This document shows, one piece after another, positions 52,830 through 64,000 of a stretch of 64,000 nucleotides of DNA. Location: the NCBI RefSeq assembly GCF_009914755.1, contig NC_060925.1; one strand, 5' to 3'. The DNA is from the human T2T-CHM13v2.0 reference genome, Homo sapiens. Both the position numbers and the translations under genes were made by a program. Positions within the stretch are counted from its first letter, which is position 1. Each line of letters begins with the position of its first letter. The notes under the pieces were generated by a model. It saw only the letters and a list, made by a program, of their open reading frames with translations, was not told the DNA's origin and ran no database searches.

Positions 52830-55800
52830 CAAGGTGGGTCTGACAACCTCTGTCCTGGCTGTGAACCCTGAAGCTGCCCTCTAACTCAGCTCCGGCCTCA
52901 CCCTACCATGGTCTGGAGGCAGTCTTGCTCACCCAGGGATCTGGTAAGAGCCATGTCCATCAATAACCTCCCTAACAGGCCTGCCAACCTTGTACCTGGC
53001 TGTAGACCCTGAGCAGCCCTATGATTTGTTTGTAATCCTGCTCTGCTGCAGTCTGTGGGGCAGTTCTGCCCACCCAGGGACTTATAGGCAGCCATACTCA
53101 TTAGCACCCACAGTAGCAGGCCCATTCACCTCAGACCTGACTGTGGACCATGAAGCAGTCCTGTGACCAAACTCCAGCATCCCTCTACTTCATCCCCCAA
53201 GGACCTAGATGAAGTCACACTCATCTATACCACTGGAATAAAGGCATCCCATATTTTGACCTGGCTCCAGCCCTGCTTGACTATGCTCTCAGAGGCAGTC
53301 CCATCAGCCTATCATCTCAGCAGGAGAAGGTACTTACCTGCCAAAATCAGTCTGTAAAGATTGAAAGAGCTGTTTGCTCCTTCAAATACACAGATACCAA
53401 GGCAAGGCTGCATAGATTATGAAGACTTAGGAAAATATGACACTACCAAAGAAAATTAAGGACCAGTAACCAATCCTAAAAGTGGAGTTATATGAACAGC
53501 TTGACAAAGAACTCAATCATCTTAAAGAATATCAATGAACTACAATTTAATAGACAATCAAATGAAATTAGGTAAACAAATGTGAACAAAATGAGAAATT
53601 TTATTTGAAAAATAGAAACCATTAAAAAGAACCAAAAAGAAATCCTGGAGGTGAAGAATACAGTGACTGAACAGCAAAATTCAATGAGAACTTCACCAGC
53701 AGACTCAATTATGCGAAAGAAAGAATCAATAAACCTGAAGACAGATCATTTGAAATTAGCCAGTTAGTGGAACATAAACAAAAAAGAATGAAGAAGATTG
53801 AAGAAAGCATACAATATGGTACACCATCAAATTAACCAACATATGTATTGTGGGAATACTGGAAGGAGAAGAGAGCAAACTGAATTCAAAAGCATATTAA
53901 AAGGATCATACATCATGACCAAGTGGAATTTATCTCTGTTATGTCAGAATGATTCCACATATGCAAATCAATCAATATGATACACCACATTAACAGAATG
54001 AAAATTTATACTACATGATCATCTTAATAGATGTAGAAAAAGCATTTGACAACATTTAACATCCATTCTTAATAACAACGCTCAACAAACAAGGCATCAA
54101 AGGAATTTAACACAATAGAGACCACATATAAAAAGCACACAGCTAACATCATAATCGATGGAGGAAGACTCAGATCTTTTCCTCTAAGATCCAGTAAAAG
54201 GCATGGATGCCTACTCTCACCACTTCTATTCAACACAGTACTGGAAGTCCTAGCCAGAGCAATTAGGCAAGAAAAATAAATAAAGGGTAACCAAATTGAA
54301 AAGGAAGAAGTAAAATTATCTTTTTTTTTGGCAGATGACACAATCATATATGTAGAAAATTCTAAAGATTCAACCAAAACACTGTTATGGTAAACAAGTT
54401 CAGTAAAGTTTCATGATACAAATCAACATACAAAAACTGGTTGCATTTCTATACACATACAATGAGCTATCTGAAAAGAATTTCATTTACCAAAGCTGGA
54501 AGCAGCACACTTCCTGGTTTCAAAATGTATTACAAAGCTGCATGATCAAAATTGTATGGCCCTGGCATAAAAATAGACATATAGGCCAACAGAGCAAAAG
54601 AGAGATCCCAGAAATAAAATCCAAGCATTTACAGTCCATTGGTCTACAGCAAAGTTTCCAGGAACACACAATGGGGAAAGAATGGTCTCCTCAATAAATA
54701 GTGTTGGAGAAACCATATATCCACATGCAGAAAAATGAAACTAGAACTTTGTCTCACACCGTATATAAAAAATCAACTTAAAATCAATTAAAGACATAAA
54801 TGCAAGACCTGAAATGTAAATCTTATAGAAGAAAACATAGGGAAAAACTCCATGACATTGGTCTGGGCATTAATTTTGTGGATATGACCCCAAAAGGACA
54901 GGCAATGAAAGCAAAATTAGACAAGTGAGATTGTAGCAAAGGAAACAATCATCTGAGTGAAAAGGCAGTCTACAGAATGGGATAAAATATTTGCAAACCA
55001 CATATATGATAAGTGGCTAGTATCTAAAATATATAAGGAATTCAACTCCATAGCAAGAAAACAAATAACCTGATTTTAAATGGGCTAAGAACCTGAATAG
55101 ACATTTCTAAAGAAAAGACACAGAAATAGCCAACGGGTCCATGAAAAGTGCTCAACACCACTAATTGTCAGGGAAATGCAAATCAAAACCCCAAGGATAT
55201 ATCACATCACACTTGTTGGAATGTCTGTTATCAAAACGACAAAAAATAACAAGTGCCGGTAAGGATGGGGAGAGAAGAGAACCCTTGTACACTGTTAGTG
55301 GAAATATCAAAGCCATCATGGAAGCAGTATGGAGATTCCTCCAAACATTAAAAATAAATCTACCATATGATTCAGCAAATCTCAATTCTGGTTAAATATT
55401 CAAAGGAAATTAAATTATTATCTTTAAGAGATATCTGCACTCTCATGTTCATTGCAGTAATATTTGTGATTGCTAAAATGTGGTTATAATCTAAACTTCT
55501 GTGGACAGGGAATGGATAAAGAAAATTAGGTATATATTTATACAATAGAATATTATTCAGCCTTTAAAAATAATAAAATCCTGCCATTTGCAACAGCATA
55601 GAAGAACCTAGAAGACATTATGCTAAGCGAATTGAGCCAGACACAGAAAGACAAATACTGCCTTATTTTATTAATATTTGGATCTAAAATAGTTAAACTT
55701 ATAGAAACACAGAGAGAATGATGGTTGCCAGGAGGCTGGGGGGTAGAGGAAATAAGAATATGATCAACGACAAAATGATTCAGTTATGGAGGATGAATAA

Positions 55801-58320
55801 GTCCTGAAGAGCTAATGTACAGCATGTTGACAATAGTTAATAATGCTGAATTTTAAACTAGAAATTTACTAAGAGGATTGTATTAGTCCTTTTTCATGCT
55901 GATGATAAAGACATAACCAAGACTAGGAAGAAAAATAGGTTTAATGGACTTACAGTTCTGCATGGCTGGAGAAGCCTCACAAACATGGTGAAAGACAAGG
56001 AGGAGCAAATCACATCTTACGTGGATGGCAGGAGGCAAAGAGAGAGAGCTGGAATGTGGAAACTCCTGTTTTCAAAACCATCAGATCTCGTGAGATTTAT
56101 TCACTATTACAAGAACAGCACAGGAAAGACCCATCCACATGATTTAATTACCTCCCACCAGGTTCCTACCATGACATGTGGGAATTGTGGGAGTTACAAT
56201 TCATGATGAGATTTAGGTGGAGACACAGCCAAACGATATCATTCTGCCTTTGGCCCCTCCCAAATGTCACGCCCTTACATTTCAAAACCAATCATGTGTT
56301 CCCAACAGTCCCCCAAAGTCTTAGCTCATTTCAGCACTAACTCAAAAGTCCATAATCCAAAGTCTCATCCAAGACAAGGCAAGTCCCTTCCACCTTGAGC
56401 CTGTAAAATCAAAAGCAAGTTAGTTACTTCCTAGACACAAGTATTGGGTAAGTACAGCCATTCAAAATGGGATAAATTGGCCAAAATGAAGGGACTACAG
56501 GCCCCAGGTATGTCCAAAATCCAGTGGGGCAGTCACATCTTAAAGCTCCAAAATTATCTCCTTTGACTCCATGTCTCACATCCAGGTCACTGTGATGCAA
56601 GAGATGGGTTCCCATGGTCTTGGGAAGCTCTGCCTCTGTGGCTTTGCAGGGTACAGCCTCCCTATTGACTGCTTTCACAGGCTGGCATTGAGTGTCTGTG
56701 GCTTTTCCAGGTGCATGGTGAAAACTGTCAGTGGATCTACCATTCTGAGGTCTCGAGGATGGTGGCTATCTTCTCACAGCTCCACCAGGTGGTGCCCCAA
56801 TGGGAACACTGTGTGAGGGCTCCAACCCCACATCTTCCTTCTTCACTGCCCTAGCAGAGGTTCTCCATGAAATCCCTGATCCTGCAGCAAACTTCTGCCT
56901 GGGCATCCAGGCATTTCCATACATCTTCTGAAATCTAGGTGGAGGTTTCCAAACCCCAATTCTAGACTTCTGTGCACTTGTGGGCTCAACAACACGTGAA
57001 AGCTGCCAAGACTTGGGGCTTTCACCCTCTGAAGCCACGGCCCGAGCTCTACATTGGCCCCTTTCCACCATGGCTGGAGCAGAGCAGCTGGGATGCAGGG
57101 CACCACGTCCCTAGGCTGCATACTGCACAGGGACCCTGGACTCAGCCCACAAAACCATTTTTTCCTCCTAGGCCTCCAGGCTTGTGATGGGAGGGGCTGC
57201 CATGAAGACCTCTAACATGCCCTGGAGACATTTTCCCCATTGTCTTGGGGATTAATATTCGGCTCCTCCTTATGCAAATTTCTGCAGCCAGATTGAATTT
57301 CTCACAGAAAATGGGATTTTCTTTTCTATTGCATAGACAGGCTGCAATTTTCCAAACTTCTATGCTGTTTTCCTTTTAAAACTGAATCCTTTTAACAGTA
57401 TCCAAGCCACCTTTTGAATGCTTTGCTGCTTAGAAGTGTCTTCTGCCAGATACCCTAAATCATCTCTCTCAAGTTCAAAGTTCCACAAATCTCTAGAGCA
57501 GGTACAAATGCCACCAGTCTCTTAGCTAAAACATAACAAGCATCACCTTTGCTCCAGTTCCCAACAAGTTTCTCATCTCCATCTGAGACCACCTCAGCCT
57601 GAATTTCATTGTCTGTATCATTATCAGCATTTTGGCAAAGCCATTGAACAGGTCTCTGGGAAGTTCCAAACCTTTCCACATGTTTATGTCTTCTTCTGAG
57701 CCCTCCAAACTTTTCCAACCTCTGCAGTTACTCAGTTCCAAAGTCGCTTCCATGCTTTCAAGTATCTTTTCAGCAGCACCCCATTCTTGATACCAGTTTA
57801 CTGTATTAGTCCATTTACATGCTGCTGATAAAGACATACCTGAGACTGAGAAGAAAAATAGCTTTAATGGACTTACAGTTCCACGTGGCTGGGGAAGCCT
57901 CACAATCATGGTGGAAGGCAAGGAGGAGCAAGTCACATCTTACATGGATGGCAACAGACAAAGAGAGAGAGCTTGAGCAGGGAAACTCCTGTTTTGAAAA
58001 CCATCAGATCTCGTGAGACCTATTCGCTATCATGAGAACAGCACAGGAATGGCCCACCCCCATAATTCAATTATCTCCCATCAGTTTCCTCCCACAACAT
58101 GAGGGAACTGTGGGAGTTACAATTCAAGGTGAGATTTGGGTGGGGACACAGCCAAACCATATCAAAGGTAGATCTTAAGTGTTCTCACCACACACATACA
58201 CACAGATGCACAAATGTTAACTATGTGAAATGATGGCTATGTTAACTAGTTTGACAAGTTGTACACCTTTAACTATACAATTTTTGTCAATTATACACCA
58301 ATAAAGCTGAAACAATTTAA
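52830..58320 (+). mobile_element. Old, internally deleted L1 (L1MA-type) interrupted by THE1
   Basis: 5'UTR-like, ORF1-like (53.4-53.9 kb) and ORF2-like (53.9-55.6 kb) segments; the 3'UTR resumes after THE1 (GTAGATCTTAAGTGTTCTCACCAC). Confidence 0.8.
55879..58164 (-). mobile_element. Full-length THE1 (THE1B-like) MaLR: LTR 55879-56241, internal 56242-57801, LTR 57802-58164
   Basis: Two LTRs TGTATTAGTCC...CAGCCAAAC(G/C)ATATCA flanking a ~1.56-kb THE1 internal region. Confidence 0.92.
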
Positions 58321-59419
58321 AGAGCCAAAGCAAAAATATGATATTGTCATCTTAGTAAATGACATGCACCATCTCTGTTATGTGCCATATTCCTGGATAA
58401 TGCCAAAGGTAGGCGTCTGTAGTAACCTTGAAAAAGAATAAAGTTGGAATTAGATGATCTGGGTTCAAGCCTCTACATTTTGATTAGATAAATATATGGC
58501 ATTGGAGGAGACATTTAACTTTTTTATTTATTCTTCTGCAAAAGTAACCCCTGATGCTCCAATCCCTCTTTGTATTTCTTTGTATCCATTCATTCATTTA
58601 TTCAGTCAACAAATGCATCTTAAGCGATTACTACACACCAAAGAACAAGGGGTGGCATTGGTATTTCAAAAGGGAAAAGATAGCACCTTCTCAGAACTTT
58701 CAGTCCCAATTTCTCACTTGTATTACATTATTGTAGTTGATTATCCTTGGTCAATATTAGGGATGAGTCAGATTTTTTACTATGTCTTTATTAGTATATA
58801 CAGCAATTAAGAGTGCCGATTTTGGAAAAGACAGATCTGGGTTTGAATCTTGGGTCATCATATATGGTTTACGTGATATTGGACAGGTTATCTAAGCTCT
58901 CTACACTTAAGCTTTCTCATTTGTAAAATAGGAATGTTAATGCTTACTGCATATTGTCATTTTGAGGATTAAATGAGGTAAGATATACGAAACAAACAGT
59001 ACAGTTACTGTCAAATGGAAAGTCTTAATGAATCTGACATGATTATTAATCATTTGGTACATTTTCAGCAACATAATTACTCAAATTGTTAATAAATTAT
59101 TGAAATAATATAAATGAAGGGATTATATAAACTATTGGGTTATAAAAGGTAACATATTGTCTGCAATATCTGCATATCCACTAAATCATTCTCTGTTACC
59201 ACTTGTTTTCTAAAGGATAACATTTGTTAACTATTTAGAATGCTGCTAAATTTTAATTTTTTGAAAATATTGGTGATAAAAGATCGTTAATATTTGTTCC
59301 ACAAGTTAGAAAAGATAACTCAAGGTGAATAGCTGGTGCTTTGAGAGCTCATTTATATGCAAACCTTTGATTGGCTATTTTACTTGAATTAGTTACTTAG
59401 TTAAAAATAGTCTGTATTT

Positions 59420-62400
59420 AGCTGGCAATATGGCAGAATAGGGACAGCTCCGGTCTGCAGCTCCCAGTGAGACCAATGCAGAAGGTGGGTGATTTCTGCA
59501 TTTCCAACTGAGGTACCATATTCATCTCACTGGGACTGGTTAGACAGTGGGTGCTGCCCATGGAGGGTGAGCAGAAGCAGGATGGGGCATCGCCCCGCCC
59601 AGGAAGTGCAAGGAGCATGGGAGCCTCCCTTTCCCAGCCAAGGGAAGCTGTGAGGGACTGTGCTAACCAGCACAGATACTGCACTTTTCCCATGGTTTTT
59701 GCAATCCGCAGACCAGGAGACTCCCTCATGTGCCTACACCACCAGGGCCCTGGGTTTCAAGCACAAAACTGGGCAGCTGTTCAGGCAGACACTGAGCTAG
59801 CTGCAGGAGTATTTTTTTCATACCCCAGTGGCACCTGGAACTCCAGGGAGACAGAACTGTTCACTCACCTGGAAAGCGGGCAGAAGCCAGAGAACCAAGT
59901 TGTCTTGCTCAATAGGTCCCACCCCCATAGAGCCCAGCAAGCTGAGAACCACTGGCTTGAAATTCTTGCTGCCAGCACAGCAGTAAGAAGTCAACCTGAG
60001 ATGATCAAGCTTGATGGGGAGAGAGACGTCTGCCATTACTGAGGCTTGAGTAGGCAGTTCTCCCCTGACTGCACTAAAAAGGCCTGGAAGTTTGGACTGG
60101 GCAGAACTAAACACAGTGTGGCAAAGCGGCTGTGGCCAGACTGCCTCTCTAGATTCCTCTTCATTGGGCAGGGCATCTCTGAAAGAAAGTCGACAGCCCC
60201 AGTCAGGGGATTATAAATAAAATTATAGATAAAACTCCATCTCACGGGGACAGGGCACCTGAGGGAAGGGGCGGATGTGGGCATAGCTTCAGTGGACTTA
60301 AATGTTCCTGCCTGCCAGCTCTGAAGAGAGCAGTGGACCCTGACAAGGAGGATTCTACCAGCACAGCGCTCAAGCTCTGCTAAGGAACAGACTGCCTCCT
60401 CAAGTGGGTCCCTGAACCCTGTGCCTGCTGACTGGGCGACACCTCTCAACAGGGGTTGACAGACACCTCATATAGGAGAGCTCTGGCTGGCATAAAGCCG
60501 GTGCCCTTCTGGGATGAAGCTTCCAGAGGAAGGAGCAGGCAGCAATCTTTGCTGTTCTGCAGGCTCCCCTGGTGATACTCAGGCAAATAGGGTCTGGAGT
60601 TGACCTCCAGCAAACTGCAGCAGACCTGCAGGAGAGAGTCCTGACTGTTAGAATAAAAACTAACAGAAAGCAATAACATCAACATCAACAAAAAGAACCC
60701 CAAAACAGAAACCTCATCAAAATGTCATTAACCTCAAAGATCAAAGGTAGATAAATCCACGAAGATGAGGAAAAACCAGTGCAAAAAGGCTGAAAATTCC
60801 AAAAATCAGAATGCTGCTTCTCCTTCAAATGGTTGCATCTCCTCTTCAGCAAGGGCACAAGACTGGACAGAGAATGAGTTTGATGAATTGACAGAAGTAG
60901 GCTTCAGAAGGTGGGTAATAACAAACTCTCTGAGCTAAGGGAGCATGTTCTAACCCAATGCAACGAAGCTAAGAACCTTGACAAAATGTTATAGGAACTG
61001 CTAACTACAATAACCAGTTTAGAGAAGAACATAAATGACCCGATGGAACTGAAAAACACAGCATGAGAACACCGTGAAGCATACACAAGTATCAACAGCT
61101 GAATCAATCAACCCAAAGAAAGGATATCAGAGATTAAAGATCAACTAACTGAAATGAGGCATGAGACAAGATTAGAGAAAAAAGATAGAAAAGGAACAAA
61201 CAAAGCCTCAAGAAATATGGGACTATGTTAAACACCAAACCTATGATTGATTGGGGTCCCTGAAAATGACAGGGAGAATGAAACCAAGTCAGAAAACACA
61301 CTTCAGGATATTAACCAAGAGAACTTCCCCAACCTAGCAAGACAAGCCAACATTCAAATTCAGGAAATACAAAGAATACCACTAAGATACTCCTCAAGAA
61401 GAACAACCCCAAGACACATAATTGTCAGATTCTCCAAGGTTGAAACGAAGGAAAAAATGTTAAGGGCAGCCAGAGAGAAAGTTGAGGGTACCTACAAAGG
61501 GAAGCCCATCAGACTAACAACAAATCTCTCTGCAGAAACCCTACAAGCCAGAACAGAGTAGGGGCCAATATTCAACATTCTTAAAGGAAAGAATTTTCAA
61601 ACCAGAATTTCATATCCAGCTAAACTAAGTTTCATAAGTGAAGGAGAAATAAAATTCTTTATGTACAAGCAAATGCTGAGGGGTTCTCTCACTACCATGC
61701 CTGTCTTACAAGAACTCCTGAAGGAAGCACTAAATATGGAAAGGAAAAACCGGTACCAGCCACTGCAAAACACACCAAAATATAAAACCAATGACACTAT
61801 GAAGAAAGTGCATCAACTAATGTGCAAAATAACCAGCTAGCATCATGATGACAGGATCAAATTCACACATAACAATATTAACCTTAAATGTAAATGGGCT
61901 AAATGTCCCAATTAAAAGACACAGACTGGCAAATTGAATACAGACTCAAGACCCATCAGTGTGCTGTATTCAGGAGACCCATCTCATGTGCAAAGACACA
62001 CATAGGCTCAAAATAAAGGGATGGAGGACTATTTACCAAGCAAATGGAAAGCAAAAAAAAGAAAAAAAGAAAAAAAAAAGCAGGGGTTACAATCCTAGTC
62101 TCTGACAAAACAGACTTTAAACCAACAAAGATCAAAAACAAAAAAGGGCATTATATAATGGTAAAGGGATCGATGCAACAAGAAGAGCTAACTAACCTAA
62201 ATATATATGCACCCAATACAGGAACACCCAGATTCATAAAGCAAGTTCTTAGAGACCTACAAAGAGACGTAGACTCCCACACAATATTAATGGGGGACTT
62301 TAACACTCCACTGTCAATATTAGACAGATCAATGAGACAGAAAATTAACAAGGATATTCAGGACTTGAACTCAGCTCTGGAACAAGCGGACCTAACAGAT

Positions 62401-64000
62401 ACTTAGAGGACTCTCCACCCCAAATCAACAGAGTATACATTCTCCTCAGCACCACATAGCACTTATTCAAAAATCAACCACATAATTAGAAGTAAAACTC
62501 CTCAGCAAATGCAAAAGAACGGAAATCATAACAAACAGTCTCTCAGACCACAGTGCAATCAAATGAGAACTCGAGATTAAGAAACTCACTCAAAACCACA
62601 CAACTACATGGAAACTGAGCAACCTGCTCCTGGATGACTACTGGATAAAAAATGAAATTAAGACAGAAATAATGAAGTTTTTGAAACCAATGGGAACAAA
62701 GAGACAAGCTACCAGAATCCCTGGAACAGGAAAAGCAGTGTTTAGAGGGAAATTTATAGCACTAAATGCCCACATCAGAAAGTGGGTAGGATCTAAAATC
62801 TGCCTTCTAAAATCACAATTAAAAGAACTAGAGAAGCAAGAGCAAACAAATTCAAAAGCTAGCAGAAGACAAGAAATAACTAAGATCAGAGCAGAACTGA
62901 AAGAGATAGAGACACAAAAAACCCTTGAAAAAAATCAATGAATCCTGGAGCTGCTTTTTTGTCAAGATTAACAAATAGACTGCTAGCGAGACTAATAAAG
63001 AAGAAAAGAGAGAAGAATAAAACGGATAAAGGGGATATCACCACTGATCTTACAGAAATGCAAACTACCATCAGATAATACTACAAACATCTCTACGCAA
63101 ATAAACTAGAAACCCTAGAAGAAATGGATAAATTCCTGGACACGTACATCCGCCCAAGACTAAACCAGGAAGAAGTCGAATCCTCCGTATGCTGAGCGCC
63201 AGTCTCCTGGGCCCACTGTTCCTTCTCTATACTTTGTCTCTATGTCTTATTTCTTTTCTCAGTCTCTCGTCCCATCTGACGAGAAATATCCACAGGTGTG
63301 GAGGGGCAGGCCACCCCTTCATCTGAAGTTCTGAAATAAAAAACCCCAGGACCAGACAGATTCACAGCCAAATTCTACCAGAGGTACAAAGAGGAGCTGG
63401 TACCATTCCTTCTGAAACTGTTACAAACAATAGAAAAAGAGGGACTCCTCCCTAACTCATTTTATGAGGCCAGTGTCTTCCTGAATCCAAAACATGGCAG
63501 AGACACAACAAAAAAAAGAAAATTTCAGGCCAATATCCCTGATGAACACTGATACAAAAATCCTCACTAAAATACTGGCAAACTGAATCCAGCAGCACAT
63601 CAAAAAGATTATCCACCACAATCAAGTTAGCTTCATTCCCGGGATGCAAGGCTGGTTCAAAATACACAAATCAATAAACATAATACATCACATTAACAGA
63701 ACCAATGACAAAAACCACATGATTATCTCAATAGATGCAGAAAAGGCCTTCGATAAAATTCAACACCAATTTCTGATAAAAGCTCTCAATAAACTAAGTA
63801 TTGATGGAACATATCTCAAAATAATAAGAGCTATTTATGACAAACCGGTACTGAATGGGCAAAAGCTGGAAGCATTCCCTTTGAAAACCGTCACAAGACA
63901 AGGATGCCCTCTCTCACCACTCCTATTCAACATAGTATTAGAAGTTCTGGCCAGAGTAATCAAGGAAGAGAAAGAAATAAAGGGTATTCAGATAGGAAGA
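59420..64000 (+). mobile_element. L1PA7-like element with 5'UTR, disrupted ORF1 (ATG 60765) and ORF2 (ATG 61848), running off the window end
   Basis: 5'UTR GCTGGCAATATGGCAGAATAGG...CAGCTCCGGTCTGCAGCTCCCAG; ORF1 fragment (ENFPNLARQANIQIQEIQR); EN domain fragment (NIYAPNTG, MGDFNTPLS); many stops and frameshifts. Confidence 0.93.
63180..63321 (+). mobile_element. HERV-K(HML-2) LTR5A/B 3'-terminal fragment inside L1 ORF2
   Basis: TCCTCCGTATGCTGAGCGCC...CTCTATACTTTGTCTCT...CACAGGTGTGGAGGGGCAGGCCACCCCTTCA matches the recalled LTR5B 3' end. Confidence 0.88.

Noticed and set aside
55985-58016. Cluster of 65-136 aa ORFs
   Set aside because: All lie within THE1 LTR/internal sequence; broken remnants.

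Overview
Primate, most likely human, genomic DNA. A CpG island (~24.1-25.6 kb) contains the first coding exon of PLPPR5 (LPPR5/PRG-5, phospholipid phosphatase-related protein 5) on the minus strand (ATG 24816, GT donor after 24580, 79 codons). Positions 1-24579 are therefore intron 1 and everything above ~25 kb is upstream flank. The rest is AT-rich and dense in transposable elements: a two-LTR ERV1-class provirus with an env remnant and nested insertions (2385-10116), a 5'-truncated RPL5 retrocopy (28363-28698), many Alu/MIR/L2/MaLR copies, a full THE1 element, and a long L1PA7-like element running off the end. I see no convincing new multi-gene system. The most unusual items are: (i) a 142-bp HERV-K(HML-2) LTR5 3'-end fragment in L1 ORF2 whose junctions suggest capture without integrase; (ii) an RPL5 retrocopy fused in frame to a flanking ACCATGG start; (iii) an L1 insertion with both a twin-priming inversion and a 3' transduction; (iv) several local duplications and palindromes. 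Repeat subfamily names come from recalled consensus sequences and need RepeatMasker/Dfam confirmation.
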